Assembly: GCA_964016885.1 (NCBI GenBank)
Contig: OZ024743.1
Span: 324,756,001-324,820,000, forward strand
DNA: 64,000 nt
Direction of reading: 5' to 3'
Source of the DNA: Eledone cirrhosa
Taxonomy: Eukaryota
Below are positions 1 through 12,024 of the stretch, in pieces; the stretch's first letter is position 1; every line of letters starts with the position of its first letter. The notes under the pieces are model-generated. The model was not told the origin of the DNA and did not search any database. It worked only from the letters and a program-made list of their open reading frames with translations. A program made the translations under genes and the position numbers.

Positions 1-3000
1 CCCTGTTTCTCCTTCTAAAGTGATACTTAAAGAAGGGAATCAATTGTTGTCCGGAGAGAAAGGCATCTGTCCCCAGTCCTCTCAACCTCGTCCACCATAT
101 AACTTCTTTCACCATAGCCACCGTACAGAGGAAAACCGCCTCTCTTTCGTTTTTGAAAGAGTCTGGCGGTTTGATACTTACTATGGACTCGGCAGTCAAC
201 TGGATTTGTCCCATACGCGACAGCAGTTGTCTTGCATAGTTCCACAGGTCGGTTACGCCAGAGCAGTGTCCAATTGCGTGCAGGACGGTTTCAATGTCCT
301 GCGCACATCTTGGACACGTCCTCTTGGAAGGATCCCTGCCGGGACGTCCGTGCCTGTAGATCTTGTCACGAACCGGTAGAGCTCCTCGGTAGCACTGCCA
401 GGCCAGAGACCTCTGGAAGTTATCCATAGGCCCTAGACGGAAAGTCCTCCCTAACAGACTGGTCAGTTCGTCTTCCTCGGTGCCTAGAGTTTCCCCGAAA
501 ACGTCGTCGCACTGATCCTCCACTAATCCCCTATAGAATGTCGAAGTGGAGTCTCCGCTGATTGTCGTTTCCGCTCGGTAAAGGGCTGTGAGCGCCTGAA
601 GGCACTTGAGGTGCCAGGCACCCATTTTCGGTCTTCGCTTGACCCAGGTCTGCAGCTCTGTTAGTGAGACGAGTTGTGGAAAAGCTTGTCTCACAAACGA
701 CAGCCACACCAGTTCACCGGTCAGAAATACCTGGAGATGGCGTAGCCTCAGCGCGTGTTTGCACATCATCAGTCACGACATGCCCAGCCCTCCGTTAGAA
801 GGATGTTGACAGCAGATGGATCTCCTCGCCAATGGAGCTTGTTTCTTCTAGAGGAACTTGAAAAGTAGGCGTTCCATTTTGGTAAGTTATTCGCGGGGGC
901 AAGGCACGACTGTCAAGTGGTAGTAGATGACGGACGCTATGTAAGTGTTTGCCACCTCCGCTCGACCTTTCAAAGAGAGTTTGCACTCAGCCCACTTCTG
1001 GGTGAGTGCAAACACCTTCGCCGTGACCTCATTCCAGTTCTTGTCCACCTGAAGGTCTGGACCAAACCAGAACCCGAGCAATTTCACCGGTCCTTCCGTC
1101 CAACGTCCAACGACACTGTCAGAAGGCATGGGTTTGCCTCTCCATGTGCCGAGTTGCAAACCGACAGACTTGTTTGGGTTTAGTCTTGCTCCTGTCAACG
1201 TTTCGTATTCCTGTAATAGGTTTCCGATTACCTGATTTCCGAGGTTTTCGACACCATTACGGTTATGTCGTCGGCATAGGCCGACGCTGCTTTCCGCAGT
1301 CCTTGTTCTATCGGGATGCCCTGCAACAGCTCCAACTTCCGCAGTAACAGCTCGAGAGTCAGTACATACAGAATAGAGGAGAGAGGGCATCCCTGACGGA
1401 TGGAACGCATGATTTGGAATGGCTCTGATAGGCAGCCATTCACATTGACTGCCGAGCAGATGCTAGTGTGCATGGCAGCGATCCAGCCTCTGAAGACGGG
1501 ACCGAAGCCGGCCTTAGACTGATCTAAATTTATCAGAGCCCCACCGAAGCCAGGTTTACACCCAACCCTCTCTATGATGTATCGCATGAGGTGGAGGTTG
1601 TCGTGTGTGGACCTGGTCGGGATTGCATACGTTTGGACTTCCGCTACCAGGTTCTCGACGACAAGCGCAAGCCTTGCTGCTAACACCTTGGCCAAAATCT
1701 TTAACTCTGTGTTGAGCAGAGTTATGGGCCTGAAATTGCTTAACTCATCCCCCTTGTTCTCATCTTTCCTTATCAGCGTTACTACGCCTCTGCCTACAGA
1801 ACTGGGAATCCTCCCGTTCTGCTGCCAGTTGCAGTAGACCGCTTCGAGGACGCTAGAGAACAAGTCTGGCATGCCTAAGTAAAACTCATAGGGTAGACCA
1901 TCTAAACCGGGTGATTTGCGTTTCCCGCAGCGGCCTAGGGCATCTTCTATTTCGCCTGCTGTGATCGGCCTTTCGCAGCTCTCTGCATCCGTTCTCGAGA
2001 GTCGTGGTATGCCGTCGAGGTAGGAGCTGAAGTCCATCACCTCGCTCGATGTACCCCTTTGCCCGAACAGTTGTGCAAAATGCTTCCTCTGCCACTCGGG
2101 ACCAGCTAACAGCTTTGCCTCCCTCGTTTATTAGAGCACGTGTTCTACTTCTAACAATACAACCTTCGTGTTTCTCGTTGAAGCACTGGTCTAGTGCCGT
2201 TCTCGCCGCTAGCACGTCAGCTGTACTGCCATTCCTAAGTGCCTCTTCTATTTTAGCTAGCAGTTCCTTTTCAGTTTTGTTTTTTTCTAAAGCTACTTCC
2301 TTGCTAAATGCTATCGATTCTATTCTAATTGCTCTCTTGAGAGAGCTCCACTACCTGTTGTTGACGATCGCCCCCGTCAACTGACACTTAACTAAGGTGC
2401 TAATCCATTTACTCTAGGCCTTACGCGCCGAAAGCGACATGTTTAGCTTCCAGTATCCGGGTCCCTGTCTATGTGTTTTATCAAGGTTGACTACGCAGGT
2501 GACTAATTTGTGGTCTGAATAGGCAAACATGTGCATTTGTGGACAGCTTAATGTTTCCTTATCATTCTGTCTAATTAAAAATCTATCTAAATACGATCTA
2601 GAAGACCCAGTGCGGTTGCTCCACGTCCAGTGGTGCACTTGAGAAGTCTAGTCGATATCTATCAGCCAGTTGGAATTGGCTATGTGATTTTTGAGGCTAT
2701 TACACACCCCTCTATTATCACAAGCTCCTACATAGTCCTAACGTGCGTCTAAGATGCCATTCCAGTCCCCCGCTAACACTAAGGAGCGGGACGTTCCCAG
2801 GAATGGCTCCAGACGCTTGAAGAACTCTGGTCGCGATGTCCCAGTCGGGGTATATACGGCCACCAGTCTGAAAGTTCCACCTTCACTACCATTCGCTTCC
2901 AGGACCACCAGGCTGCCCTCCGGATCCAAGTGAATCATCTGTATTTTGAGATCCAAGTTTTTTCGAAATAGAACAGCAACTCCCCTCCACTTCTTGGCTG

Positions 3001-3720
3001 ACAGAGGGATGCGTAGATCTCAAAATCATCGAACATGGGGGGTTAGCTGCTGCTTGTCGTGAATCCTGGACTCGGTGGTGGCTATCACATCTATACAATG
3101 TGACCCGAGATCATTTAAAAGCTGGCCCTGTTTCCAGGACATGCCCAGGCCACGTACATTCAAACACCCAGCTTGTATAGTCGCCATGTTGGTGAAGAAG
3201 AGTTAAGGAGAGAAAAGGCAGGAACACTTACCTTTTCGTTTCCTGGAGGTCGGGTTGTTCGATCGCCATGTCCAGATTGGTGGTGTTTGGGGAGGGAGGG
3301 AATCCTTTTAGCAGGACACAGTTAAGGGGCTTTTGGCAAGGGGGGGGGGGCACATCATGTGGGAAGTTCTCTTTTAAAGTTTCATACTGTAGGGTTGTTA
3401 CCCTGATAAGTTTGAGGTTTGGGGTGGGTCGTTGGTGGGAAAGGTTTTCCCTTCCGTTTGTATTGTGGGGCCCTTTTGGACAGTTTCCGCCAGTTCTTTG
3501 TTTCTTGTTTTTATGTATGTGTAATATGTTTTGTTTTTTATGTGTACTGTTTCTGTTTGTAGTTTTCTTTTTGTGGTTGGGGTTTGTGATTGTGGTGGTG
3601 TGGGTGTTTGTTTTGTTGGTGAAGTGTTTGGTTGTGTTGGTGGTGATTGTGTTGTTGGTGTGTTTGTCGTTTGTGGCGGTGTGTTTATGGTGGGGTTGGG
3701 TGTGTGCGTCTTTTCTGTAG
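1..3720 (-). mobile_element. Degenerate L1/Tx1-clade LINE (copy A): ORF1 C-terminal part plus fragmented ORF2 (APE-RT-zinc finger); 3' end runs off the window
   Basis: ORF pieces carry APE motifs (FRLVAVY, AGDWNG, SYLDRF, SDHK) and RT motifs (KSPGLDGLPYEFY, NFRPITLLN, RQGCPLS, AYADD). ORF2 ATG at about 3187, ORF1 stop at 3228-3230. Multiple frameshifts and small deletions. Confidence 0.93.
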
Positions 3721-4358
3721 TCGATAGATAGATAGGTAGATAGATATGTTACTTTATTAGCCACAGGGGCACAAAAGAAGGGGACAAATACAAAGGGGGA
3801 AGTTTACATACAATAAAAACGTGTAAAATGTTATCACAAATGCAATTTAAAAAATTAGTCGATTTTCCAAATAGGGGGAGACAGTTCATATGGGTAACAC
3901 ATACCCCCGAAAATATCTGCAACCCTCATCTCCAGGAGTACGAAGAGTTTGTACTCCTTTCCTCTCCTTCTCCTTTTCCTCAACCTACAGGCTGATATAG
4001 AGAGAAGACCCATTCACTCGGGCCATTCTCGCCACTTTCACCCACCTTTCATACAACTTGCTGGGGTACACAGCACCTCTCTCTCCATCCTGATTCTTCT
4101 TCCAAAGTGGTATTTGAAAAAACGAATGAGTTGTTGGCCGGAGAGAAAGGTGTCTGACCTCAGCCCTTTCAACCTTGTCCACCATACAACCTCTTTCGCC
4201 ATAGCTATCACACAAAGGAAAACCGCCTCTCCTTCGTTTTTGAAGGAGGGTGGCGGTTTGATCATGACAATGGACTCGGTGGTCAACCGGATTGGTCCCA
4301 CCCGCGACAATAGTCGTTCTACATAGCCCCACAGGTCAGTGACGCCCGGGCAGTGTAT
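3721..4358 (-). mobile_element. 5'-truncated 3' fragment of a related Tx1-like LINE with (TCTA)n tail
   Basis: Encodes the ORF2 C-terminus (HCPGVTDLW...KEVVWWTRLKGL), homologous to copies A, B and C. AATAAA is followed by TCTA repeats at 3722-3760 on the minus strand. Confidence 0.9.
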
Positions 4359-4421
<63 letters not shown>

Positions 4422-4656
4422 TTCTTTATTTGCCACAAGGGCGCACAAGAAAAGGGGACAATACAAAGACATGCCGGGGATTTTACATACAGTCGTGTAA
4501 AAAATATAAAAACAAACAATTACAACAATCGAAATCCCCAATGGGGAGGGGGGGGGCCACAAATGGGCTGTTTAATACCCCGTAGATAGAACAACCGTCA
4601 ACTCCAGGAGCGTGCTGTGCAAGTGCTCCTTTCTTCCTTTTGCTCTCCTCTTCAAC

Positions 4657-7293
4657 CTACAGGCTTATAAACAGAGAAGGCCAAATCACTCGGGTCATTT
4701 TCGCTTCATTGACCCACCTTTCAGTAAATTTACTGGGGTGCAGTGCCTCTATCGCCACTCTGATTCTCCTTCTAAAGTGATACTTAAAGAAGGGAATCAA
4801 TTGTTGTCCCGAGAGAAAGGCATCTGTCCTCAGTCCTCTCAACCTCGTCCACCATATAACTTCTTTCACCATAGCCACCGTACAGAGGAAAACCGCCTCT
4901 CTTTCGTTTTTGAAAGAGGCTGGCGGTTTGATACTTACTATGGACTCGGCAGTCAACTGGAATTGTCCCATACGCGACAGCAGTTGTCTTGCATAGTTCC
5001 ACAGGTCGGTTACGCCAGAGCAGTGTCCAATTGCGTGCAGGACGGTTTCAATGTCCTGCGCACATCTTGGACACGTCCTCTTGGAAGGATCCCTGCCGGG
5101 ACGTCCGTGCCTGTAGATCTTGTCACGAACCGGTAGAGCTCCTCGGTAGCACTGCCAGGCCAGGGACAACTGGAAGTTGTCCATAGGTCCCGGGTGGAAA
5201 GTCCTACCAAACAGGCTGGTGAGTTCATCGTCTTCGACGCCCAGAGTCTCTCCGAGCACGTCGTTGCCCTTGTAACGTACAATCCCTCTATAGAATGTCG
5301 AAGTGGAGTCTCCACTGATTGCTGTACCCACTTGCCAGAGGACTGTGAGCAACTGAGCGCTTCAATGTGCCAGGCGCCCATCATTTTCGGTTTTTTCTTG
5401 ACCCTCGCGCAGATGCTGGTGTGCATCGCCTCGATCCAGCCTCTGAACACGGGACCGAAACCGGCCGCCTTGAGAACCGCTTCAAAGTATCGATGGTCGA
5501 CCGTATCGAATGCCTTAGAATGATCCTAATTGATCAGAGCCCCACTGAAACCGGGTTTACTACCCACCATCTCTATGATGTATCGCATGAGGTGGAGGTT
5601 GTCGTGTATGGACCTGGTCGGGATTGCACACGTTTGCGCTTTCCCTACCAGATTCTCGACGACAAGCGCTAATCTCGTCGCTAGCACCTTGGCCAAAATC
5701 TTTAACTCTGTGTTGAGCAGAGTTATGGGCCTGAAGTTGTTTAGTTCGTCCTCCTTGTTCTCGTCTTTCCTGATCAGCGTTACTACGCCCTTGCCTGCAG
5801 AACTGGGAATTCTCCCGTTCTGCTGCCAATTGCAGTAGTCGGCTTCGAGGATGCCAGAGAACAAGTCTGGCATGCCTATGTAAAACTCATAGGGTAGACC
5901 ATCTAGACCGGGTGACTTGGGTTTACCGCAGCAGCCCAGAACGTCCCGTATCTCAGTGTCCGTGATCGGTCTTTCGCAGAACTCGGCGTCCGTGTTCGAG
6001 AGACGCGGCAGGCCGTCGAGGTATGAACTAAAGTCCATTGCCCCGTTCGGCTCACCATCGTTCTGCTCAAACAATTGCGCAAAGTGCTGCTGAAAGGCCG
6101 CGCACATTTGCTTGAGGTCAAGTAGCACGCGTCCGTTTTGGTCTTTCAAAGACCGAATCATGGACTTGTTGCCACTTTTTGCTTCCCCCACTCGGGCCCA
6201 GCTGACAGCTTTCGCTCCTTCGTTTCCTAGAGCACGTGTTTTGCTTCTGACCACGCAGCCTTCGTATTTCGCATCGAAGAACTGGTCCAGTGCCGTTCTC
6301 GATGCTAACACTCTAGTCGCATTGCCACTTCTAAGTGCCTCCTCTACCTTGGCTACTAGTTCTCTTTCTATTCTGTTTTTCTCTAAGGCTAACTCTCTGC
6401 TATACCCTATCGATTCTATTCTAATTGCTTTCTTGAGAGAGTACCACCATCTATTGTTGACGATGGCTCCCGTTAACTGTTGCTTGACTAGTCTATTTAT
6501 CCGTTCACTGTAAGCTTTACGTGCCGGCAACGACACGTTCAGCTTCCAGTATCCGGGTCCCTGTCTATGTGTTCTATCACGGTTGACTAAGCAGACGACT
6601 AATTTGTGATGTGAATAGGTAACCATGAGCATTCGTGGACAGCTTAACATCTCCTTGTCCCTTTCTCTAATGAAGAAGCTATCTAAATACGATCTAGATG
6701 TCCCGCTGCGGTTTGCCCACGTCCACTGTGGTGATGTAGGGAAATCCAGTCGATACCTATCGGCCAGTTGGAATTGGCCGATTAAAGTTTTGAGGCTGTT
6801 GCACCCCGCTCTACTGGGACATGCTCCCACATAGTTCCATTGTGCATCTAGGATACCATTCCAGTCCCCCATTAAAAGTAAGGAGCGAGACGTTCCCAGA
6901 AAAGACTCTAGACACTTAAAGAAGTCTGGCCGTGATTGCGATTGCCCGGTCGGGGCATAAACGGCCACCAGTCTGAAGGCTCCACCTCCAATACTGTTCA
7001 CGTCTAGGACTATCAGGTCTAGCCTCCGGGTCCAAGTGTACTTGTTGTACTTCGACGTCCAGGTTCTTCCGAAACATGACAGCCACTCCACCCTCACCTC
7101 CTGGCTGACAGAGAGATGCGTAGATCTCAAATTCGTCGAAGATGGGGCCTAGTTGCTGCCTGTTGTGGATCCTGGACTCGGTGATGGCTATCACATCCAT
7201 ACCGTGTGACCTAAGGTCGTTTAAAAGTTGGCCCTGTTTCCAGGGCATCCCTAGGCCACGCACATTCACGGTTCCAACTCGTAAGCTAGCCAT
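4657..7293 (-). pseudogene. ORF2 of LINE copy B (APE plus partial RT plus C-terminal zinc finger); RT catalytic core deleted at about 5405
   Basis: Starts MASLRVGTVNVRGL; GDWNG and NFRPITLLN present; CPRC...ETVLHA...C at the end. QG-LS and YADD motifs are absent across the junction near 5405. Confidence 0.9.
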
Positions 7294-7334
7294 GTTGGTG
7301 GAGAAGAGTTGGCGAAAAAGGGCGAAAGGTGCAC

Positions 7335-9226
7335 TTACCTTTTCGTTTCTTGGAGATCGGGTTGTTCAATCTCCATTTGGGTGCTGGATGGGGTGTTAGG
7401 TGGGGTGGGGAAACATTTTAACAGGACGCGGTTGAAAGGTTTCTGGCAGGGGTTGCCCACGTCCTGTGAAAATTTATTGTTTAGGTCATTATAGGTTTCC
7501 ATAGAAACCCTTATAAGTTTAAGGTGTGGAGACTATTCTGCCTTGACGAAAGTTTTGCCCTCCGTCTCCACCTTGGGGTTTGGGGAGATGACCTCCATCA
7601 AATTCTTGTTGTTTGTGTTGATGTATGCGTATTGTTGTTTGTTTTTGTTGTGTTGTTTTAGTTTGTTGTTCGTCCGGGAGTTTTCTTTTTATGGTGGGTG
7701 CTTGTGTTTGGGGTGGTGTTGGTGTTGGTTTTGCTGATAGGGGGATGTTTGACTGTGGTGTTGTTTGTGTTGTTGTTTGTGTCTGTGGTTGTGTGTTGGT
7801 GTTGGTGATTGGAGTTTTGTGGGTTTTGTGGTGTCTCTTTTTTTGTTTTTTAGATTTCCGCGGCTCTACCTCTTCTTCACTTGAAGGAGAAGCAGCTTCA
7901 TCCGTCGATAAATAATCATCGTCAGGTGTGTGGGGTAGGGGTATGTTGTGTGGTGGTGGTGTTTCGGTGTGTGTGTTTGTGGTAGTGTTTGATGGAGTGG
8001 GATGGGGTGGGGCTGTGTTCTTCAGGGGTGTTGTCTCAGTTTTTTCTGTTGTTGTTGGTTGAGTGTCTGTTTGTTTTGGTGTGGTTGCTCGTTTTGTCTG
8101 TCGTTGTACTTGTGGTAGTGGTGGTTGTTTTGGTGTTGGTGTTGGTAATAGTGTTTTTTTAATGTTGTTGTGTGTTTGTGGACAAGAGGCTTTTAGGTGT
8201 GCTGTGCTACCACAGCGAAAGCAATGAAATGTTTGTCCTTCTACCGAAATGTTTATTTTGTTGTTATCATCGATGACGACTCTTTCGGGTATTTTGGAGA
8301 TTCTCTCCGGTTTCATTTGCAACAGAATCTCCAAATCAGTACCCGCCCACCTTTGTCGAATAGATTTTCGTATCGAAAGAATCATATCAGTGTCTGGTTC
8401 TACGAAGCCAGCCAAGATCCACCAGATGTTAATGTTTGGGGGTATATATATATTTTTTTGTGTCCTTTTTCCCATGTATGTAGGGAAAATGGTGAATGCT
8501 TTTGACACCATTGGTGTCACAGAATGTTTTGGGGCGAGTGCCTCGCTTTTAAACAGTACGGAAACACTTCCGTACTGTTTTCCGCGCTGGAGAAAATCGA
8601 TATTTGCTAGAATTTCCTTGAAAGTAGCTTCTATATCTGCTTGGCAAACAAATGTCGGCTTTCTTGTGGAATTTGACAGTCCTAAAGGTGACTGATCTGC
8701 GAATTGTGTCTTCATTTATTTCAAGGGGTGAGTTAATTCTAAACCCACCTAATTCTTCGAAAGTTACAAATTTTCTCCCTTGCTGGAGCATATCTCTTGC
8801 ATTGGAGATATCAAGATTTATAAAATCTTGTTTTTTGTTCACTGTTTCAGCGAAAGACATTTTCTTTTTTTGTGTGGTGTTGCTGTTGTTGTTGTTGTTA
8901 TCGTTGTTAGCCTCGGTGTTGGAAATCTCAGTTCCTTGACGAGGTGAAACATTATGTGTAGATGTATCTGTGGAGTTGTTGATGTCTTTTTCATGTGTAT
9001 GTATGTTAATAGATTTAATTTCTTTGTTTTCATGTAGGTTAGTGTTATTTTTCTCCGCTTCGACGGTAGAAATTGTACAATTTTTGAGTGGTAAAATTTT
9101 TTCCTCTTTGTTGACAGTCGTATCTATGACGACGTCCATAGTAGCAGAAGCAGATATAACGTTAATATCTGCCTCTTTCTCTCTCTTTTCTCTATTGACG
9201 TTCTCCAGCGTTCTTGTGTTGTTCAA
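7335..9226 (-). pseudogene. ORF1 of LINE copy B (gag-like, CCHC zinc knuckle, Thr/Pro-rich tail), frameshifted
   Basis: Frames 8549-9226 and 7519-8715. Knuckle CFRCGSTAHLKASC aligns with CFHCGSKTHLRAFC in copy C ORF1. Confidence 0.85.
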
Positions 9227-9610
9227 GTTATTTAGTTTATAAAATTTGATATTTTAAAACAATTTTAAATAAAATAAAATGTTCGCCCCTAAAGGGACGA
9301 AAAATGGGATTACCACCCAGCTGACAATTCAGCTTGGGGGTTAATCTACAAAATAATATGTTTTTTCAAACAATTTGTTCTGTTTTTCGTATATAAATTT
9401 AGAAAAAATCTTACCGGCGATGTTTCACGCGTCAGACAGAAAGATAGATAGATAGGAGCTCGTTATCGTGAGTAACCATCTCAGTCCCGATCGAAGAGCA
9501 GCCTGTATATATCAGCTTACGATCTTCAATCTGTCGGGCAATAGATCCTGGGTCTAAGGTTGACTTCACTAGGCTGCTGCTGGAGAATACCGCTGCGGAT
9601 CACATTTCTT

Positions 9611-9822
9611 TAATAATTGTTTCTACTTGAGGCACAAGGTCAGCAATTTGGGGGAAAAGGAAAATCGATTAAATCGACCCCAGTGCGCTACTGGTGCTTT
9701 ATTTATCGACCCCGTAAGGATGAAAGACAAAGTTAACCTCGGTGGGATCTGAACTCAGAGCGTAAAAGGCCGTAATTCTATGCTGCGAAGAATGTTGTCC
9801 GACGGTCTACCGATACTGCCAT
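9611..9822 (-). mobile_element. tRNA-derived SINE (octopus OR-like, Meta-domain type)
   Basis: Minus strand has a B-box-like GAGTTCAGATCC, then the TTTCATCCTTACGGGGTCGATAAAT core and CCTTGTGCC...GAAACAATTATT end, shared by more than ten copies in the window. Confidence 0.8.
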
Positions 9823-10332
9823 GTACAGAGATAAGTACACCAAGTCTCCTATCAACAACATGGTTGGGTTTCTGAAATCACGTATTTAACTGAAACAATG
9901 TTAAATGTAACCGAGATTTCACTGACCTTCTGTAAATCTCTTTAAGACAACTAATTTAATTTTAGTGCAACACTTTTCCTCCTTTTTTTTCTGACCACAG
10001 ATAGCAATGGTGTACACTGCACGTTTTACATTCATTGATCTTTGGCTGAAATACAATTAGAATAAGTTTCTAAATGAATCTTTGAAGGGAGTCAACCAAA
10101 CAACGAATAATAACAAAGAAATATGGCGCCTAAGTCGGTCACTCACAAAGCAAACCATTATCTTAGGCTCGAAGTATTTTATATTATCGTATATATATAT
10201 ATTTTTTCTCCCTAAACGACGTTAATTGGGGAGTTGGAAACACACACACACACGCGCACACATATATATATATATGTATAAATAACAGGTCCATTCACGT
10301 TGACATCTCTTACACATATATTAACCTCGAAG

Positions 10333-10388
<56 letters not shown>

Positions 10389-10413
10389 CAAGTCCATTCA
10401 TGTTGACATCTCT

Positions 10414-10495
<82 letters not shown>

Positions 10496-10567
10496 AGCCC
10501 TCTGCCACTCATATCGGATTTGTTTATCGTTAATTCGTGAGCTGATTTTCCGATACTCGATTATTCT

Positions 10568-10638
<71 letters not shown>

Positions 10639-10747
10639 TGCGACAGTAAACGAAAAAGAAAAAACAACGTGGAAGCGAAGAGGCAGTACAAATGTTAATA
10701 TTAGTTTCACGCTTGAATAACAGGTCCATTCATGTTGACATTCTTAC

Positions 10748-10824
<77 letters not shown>

Positions 10825-10826
<2 letters not shown>

Positions 10827-11048
10827 AGATGTCAACATAAATTAACATGTTATTTTTATCTAAAGACATTTGTTTCCAATTCCACCCCGCCCATCCCTTC
10901 AATCTATCTTATTTTTCATTCATTCTTTTGATGAAGGACTAGCGTCCGAAACGTTAAGACTCTCTTCCTGCTATATCAAGCGTTAACCTAATATATTCCT
11001 TCCATATACTGTACCGATTGTGTTGTTATTTCTGTTTACTTTTTTCGT
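10825..11048 (+). mobile_element. Short (about 220 bp) hammerhead-containing repeat, family H1, copy 1
   Basis: Homologous to 26046-26262 (-), 45972-46192 (+) and internally deleted 28534-28649 (-). Inverted 5' fragments at 10282-10312, 10384-10416 and 10716-10748. Confidence 0.8.
10924..10959 (+). ncRNA. Minimal type I hammerhead ribozyme motif (C3-to-T variant)
   Basis: TCTT-TTGATGA-A-GGAC tagc GTCC-GAAA-CG-TT-AAGA. Stems I and II pair; stem III is palindromic (AACGTT). Confidence 0.7.
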
Positions 11049-11085
11049 ACATACATACATACACACACACACATTTAATTAGACA

Positions 11086-11993
11086 GTGAACAACACAAAC
11101 TATAACTACTCCATTACCAAAGGTTTCTGGATCCCAGACAATAATAATATATGCCTGGATCGGTCGTCAGAGGGGGAGAAGGGAGATCGAGACAGAGGGT
11201 CTGAGCGGGGAGGGCGGCAGGTGGTGTGTTTATGTAGGTGTGCGTGTGTGTGTGGATGTGAATGTGAGAGTTTGGGGAAGAACGAGGGTCCATGTTCGGG
11301 TAATAGGGAAACATGTGTGTACATGGGGTGGGGTGAAGTCAGTGTGTGTATGCGTATGGATGGAGAGGGGTCAGAGGGGATGGGGGAGAGGGGGCGTGTG
11401 GAGTCTGAGTGTGTGTATGTGAGGAGACGCACATGTGTGTGCGTTTGTGTGGTGTGGATGTATGGTTGCGTGATGTGAAAATAGTGTAAGTGTTTGTGTA
11501 TGTGTGTGTTCCTGGATGTTTTTCCGCAGAGTGTAGGAACGGATGTTAAAAATTCCGAGTATAGCAGGGTGGATGCCTGGAGCGGTGGACCAGTGGTGTA
11601 GAATCCTTGGTCTGGTATTGAGGAAGTAGAGAGTTGTGGGGTGCGTGCGCAGCAGGAAGTGGTCAGTGGGTCAAGGCAGGGCGAAAGATGTGGGATGGAG
11701 GAGGGAGGTAGCAGTAGGAAGGTGACAAGAAGACAGTGTAGAGAGGAGGCAGACGGACAGGTGTTAGAGATGGTCTGTATGTGGTGTGGAATGTGTGTAT
11801 GTGTGTGGAGGTACGGTGGACAGGGGAGGGGATGGGTATGTGTGAAAGGTTGAGGGAGCGGGTGGTGGTGTGGGGAGTTTGTGTGTATATTAGTGGAGGT
11901 GTTAGTGGGATGTATGGTGTGTGTGGGGGGGGGGGTAGTGCGGGAAGAGAGAGAGAAGGTGCTGGGGACAGTATGAGGGAGTGTAATGTACTG

Positions 11994-12024
<31 letters not shown>

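Larger units (their letters stand above)
4359..9454 (-). mobile_element. Near full-length L1/Tx1-clade LINE (copy B) with 5' UTR, ORF1, internally deleted ORF2, 3' UTR and (TCTA)n tail
   Basis: ORF1 fragments 9226-7335 and ORF2 fragments 7293-4657. AATAAAGAAA then (TCTA)n at 4359-4430; short (TCTA)3 at the 5' boundary, 9442-9454. Confidence 0.93.
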
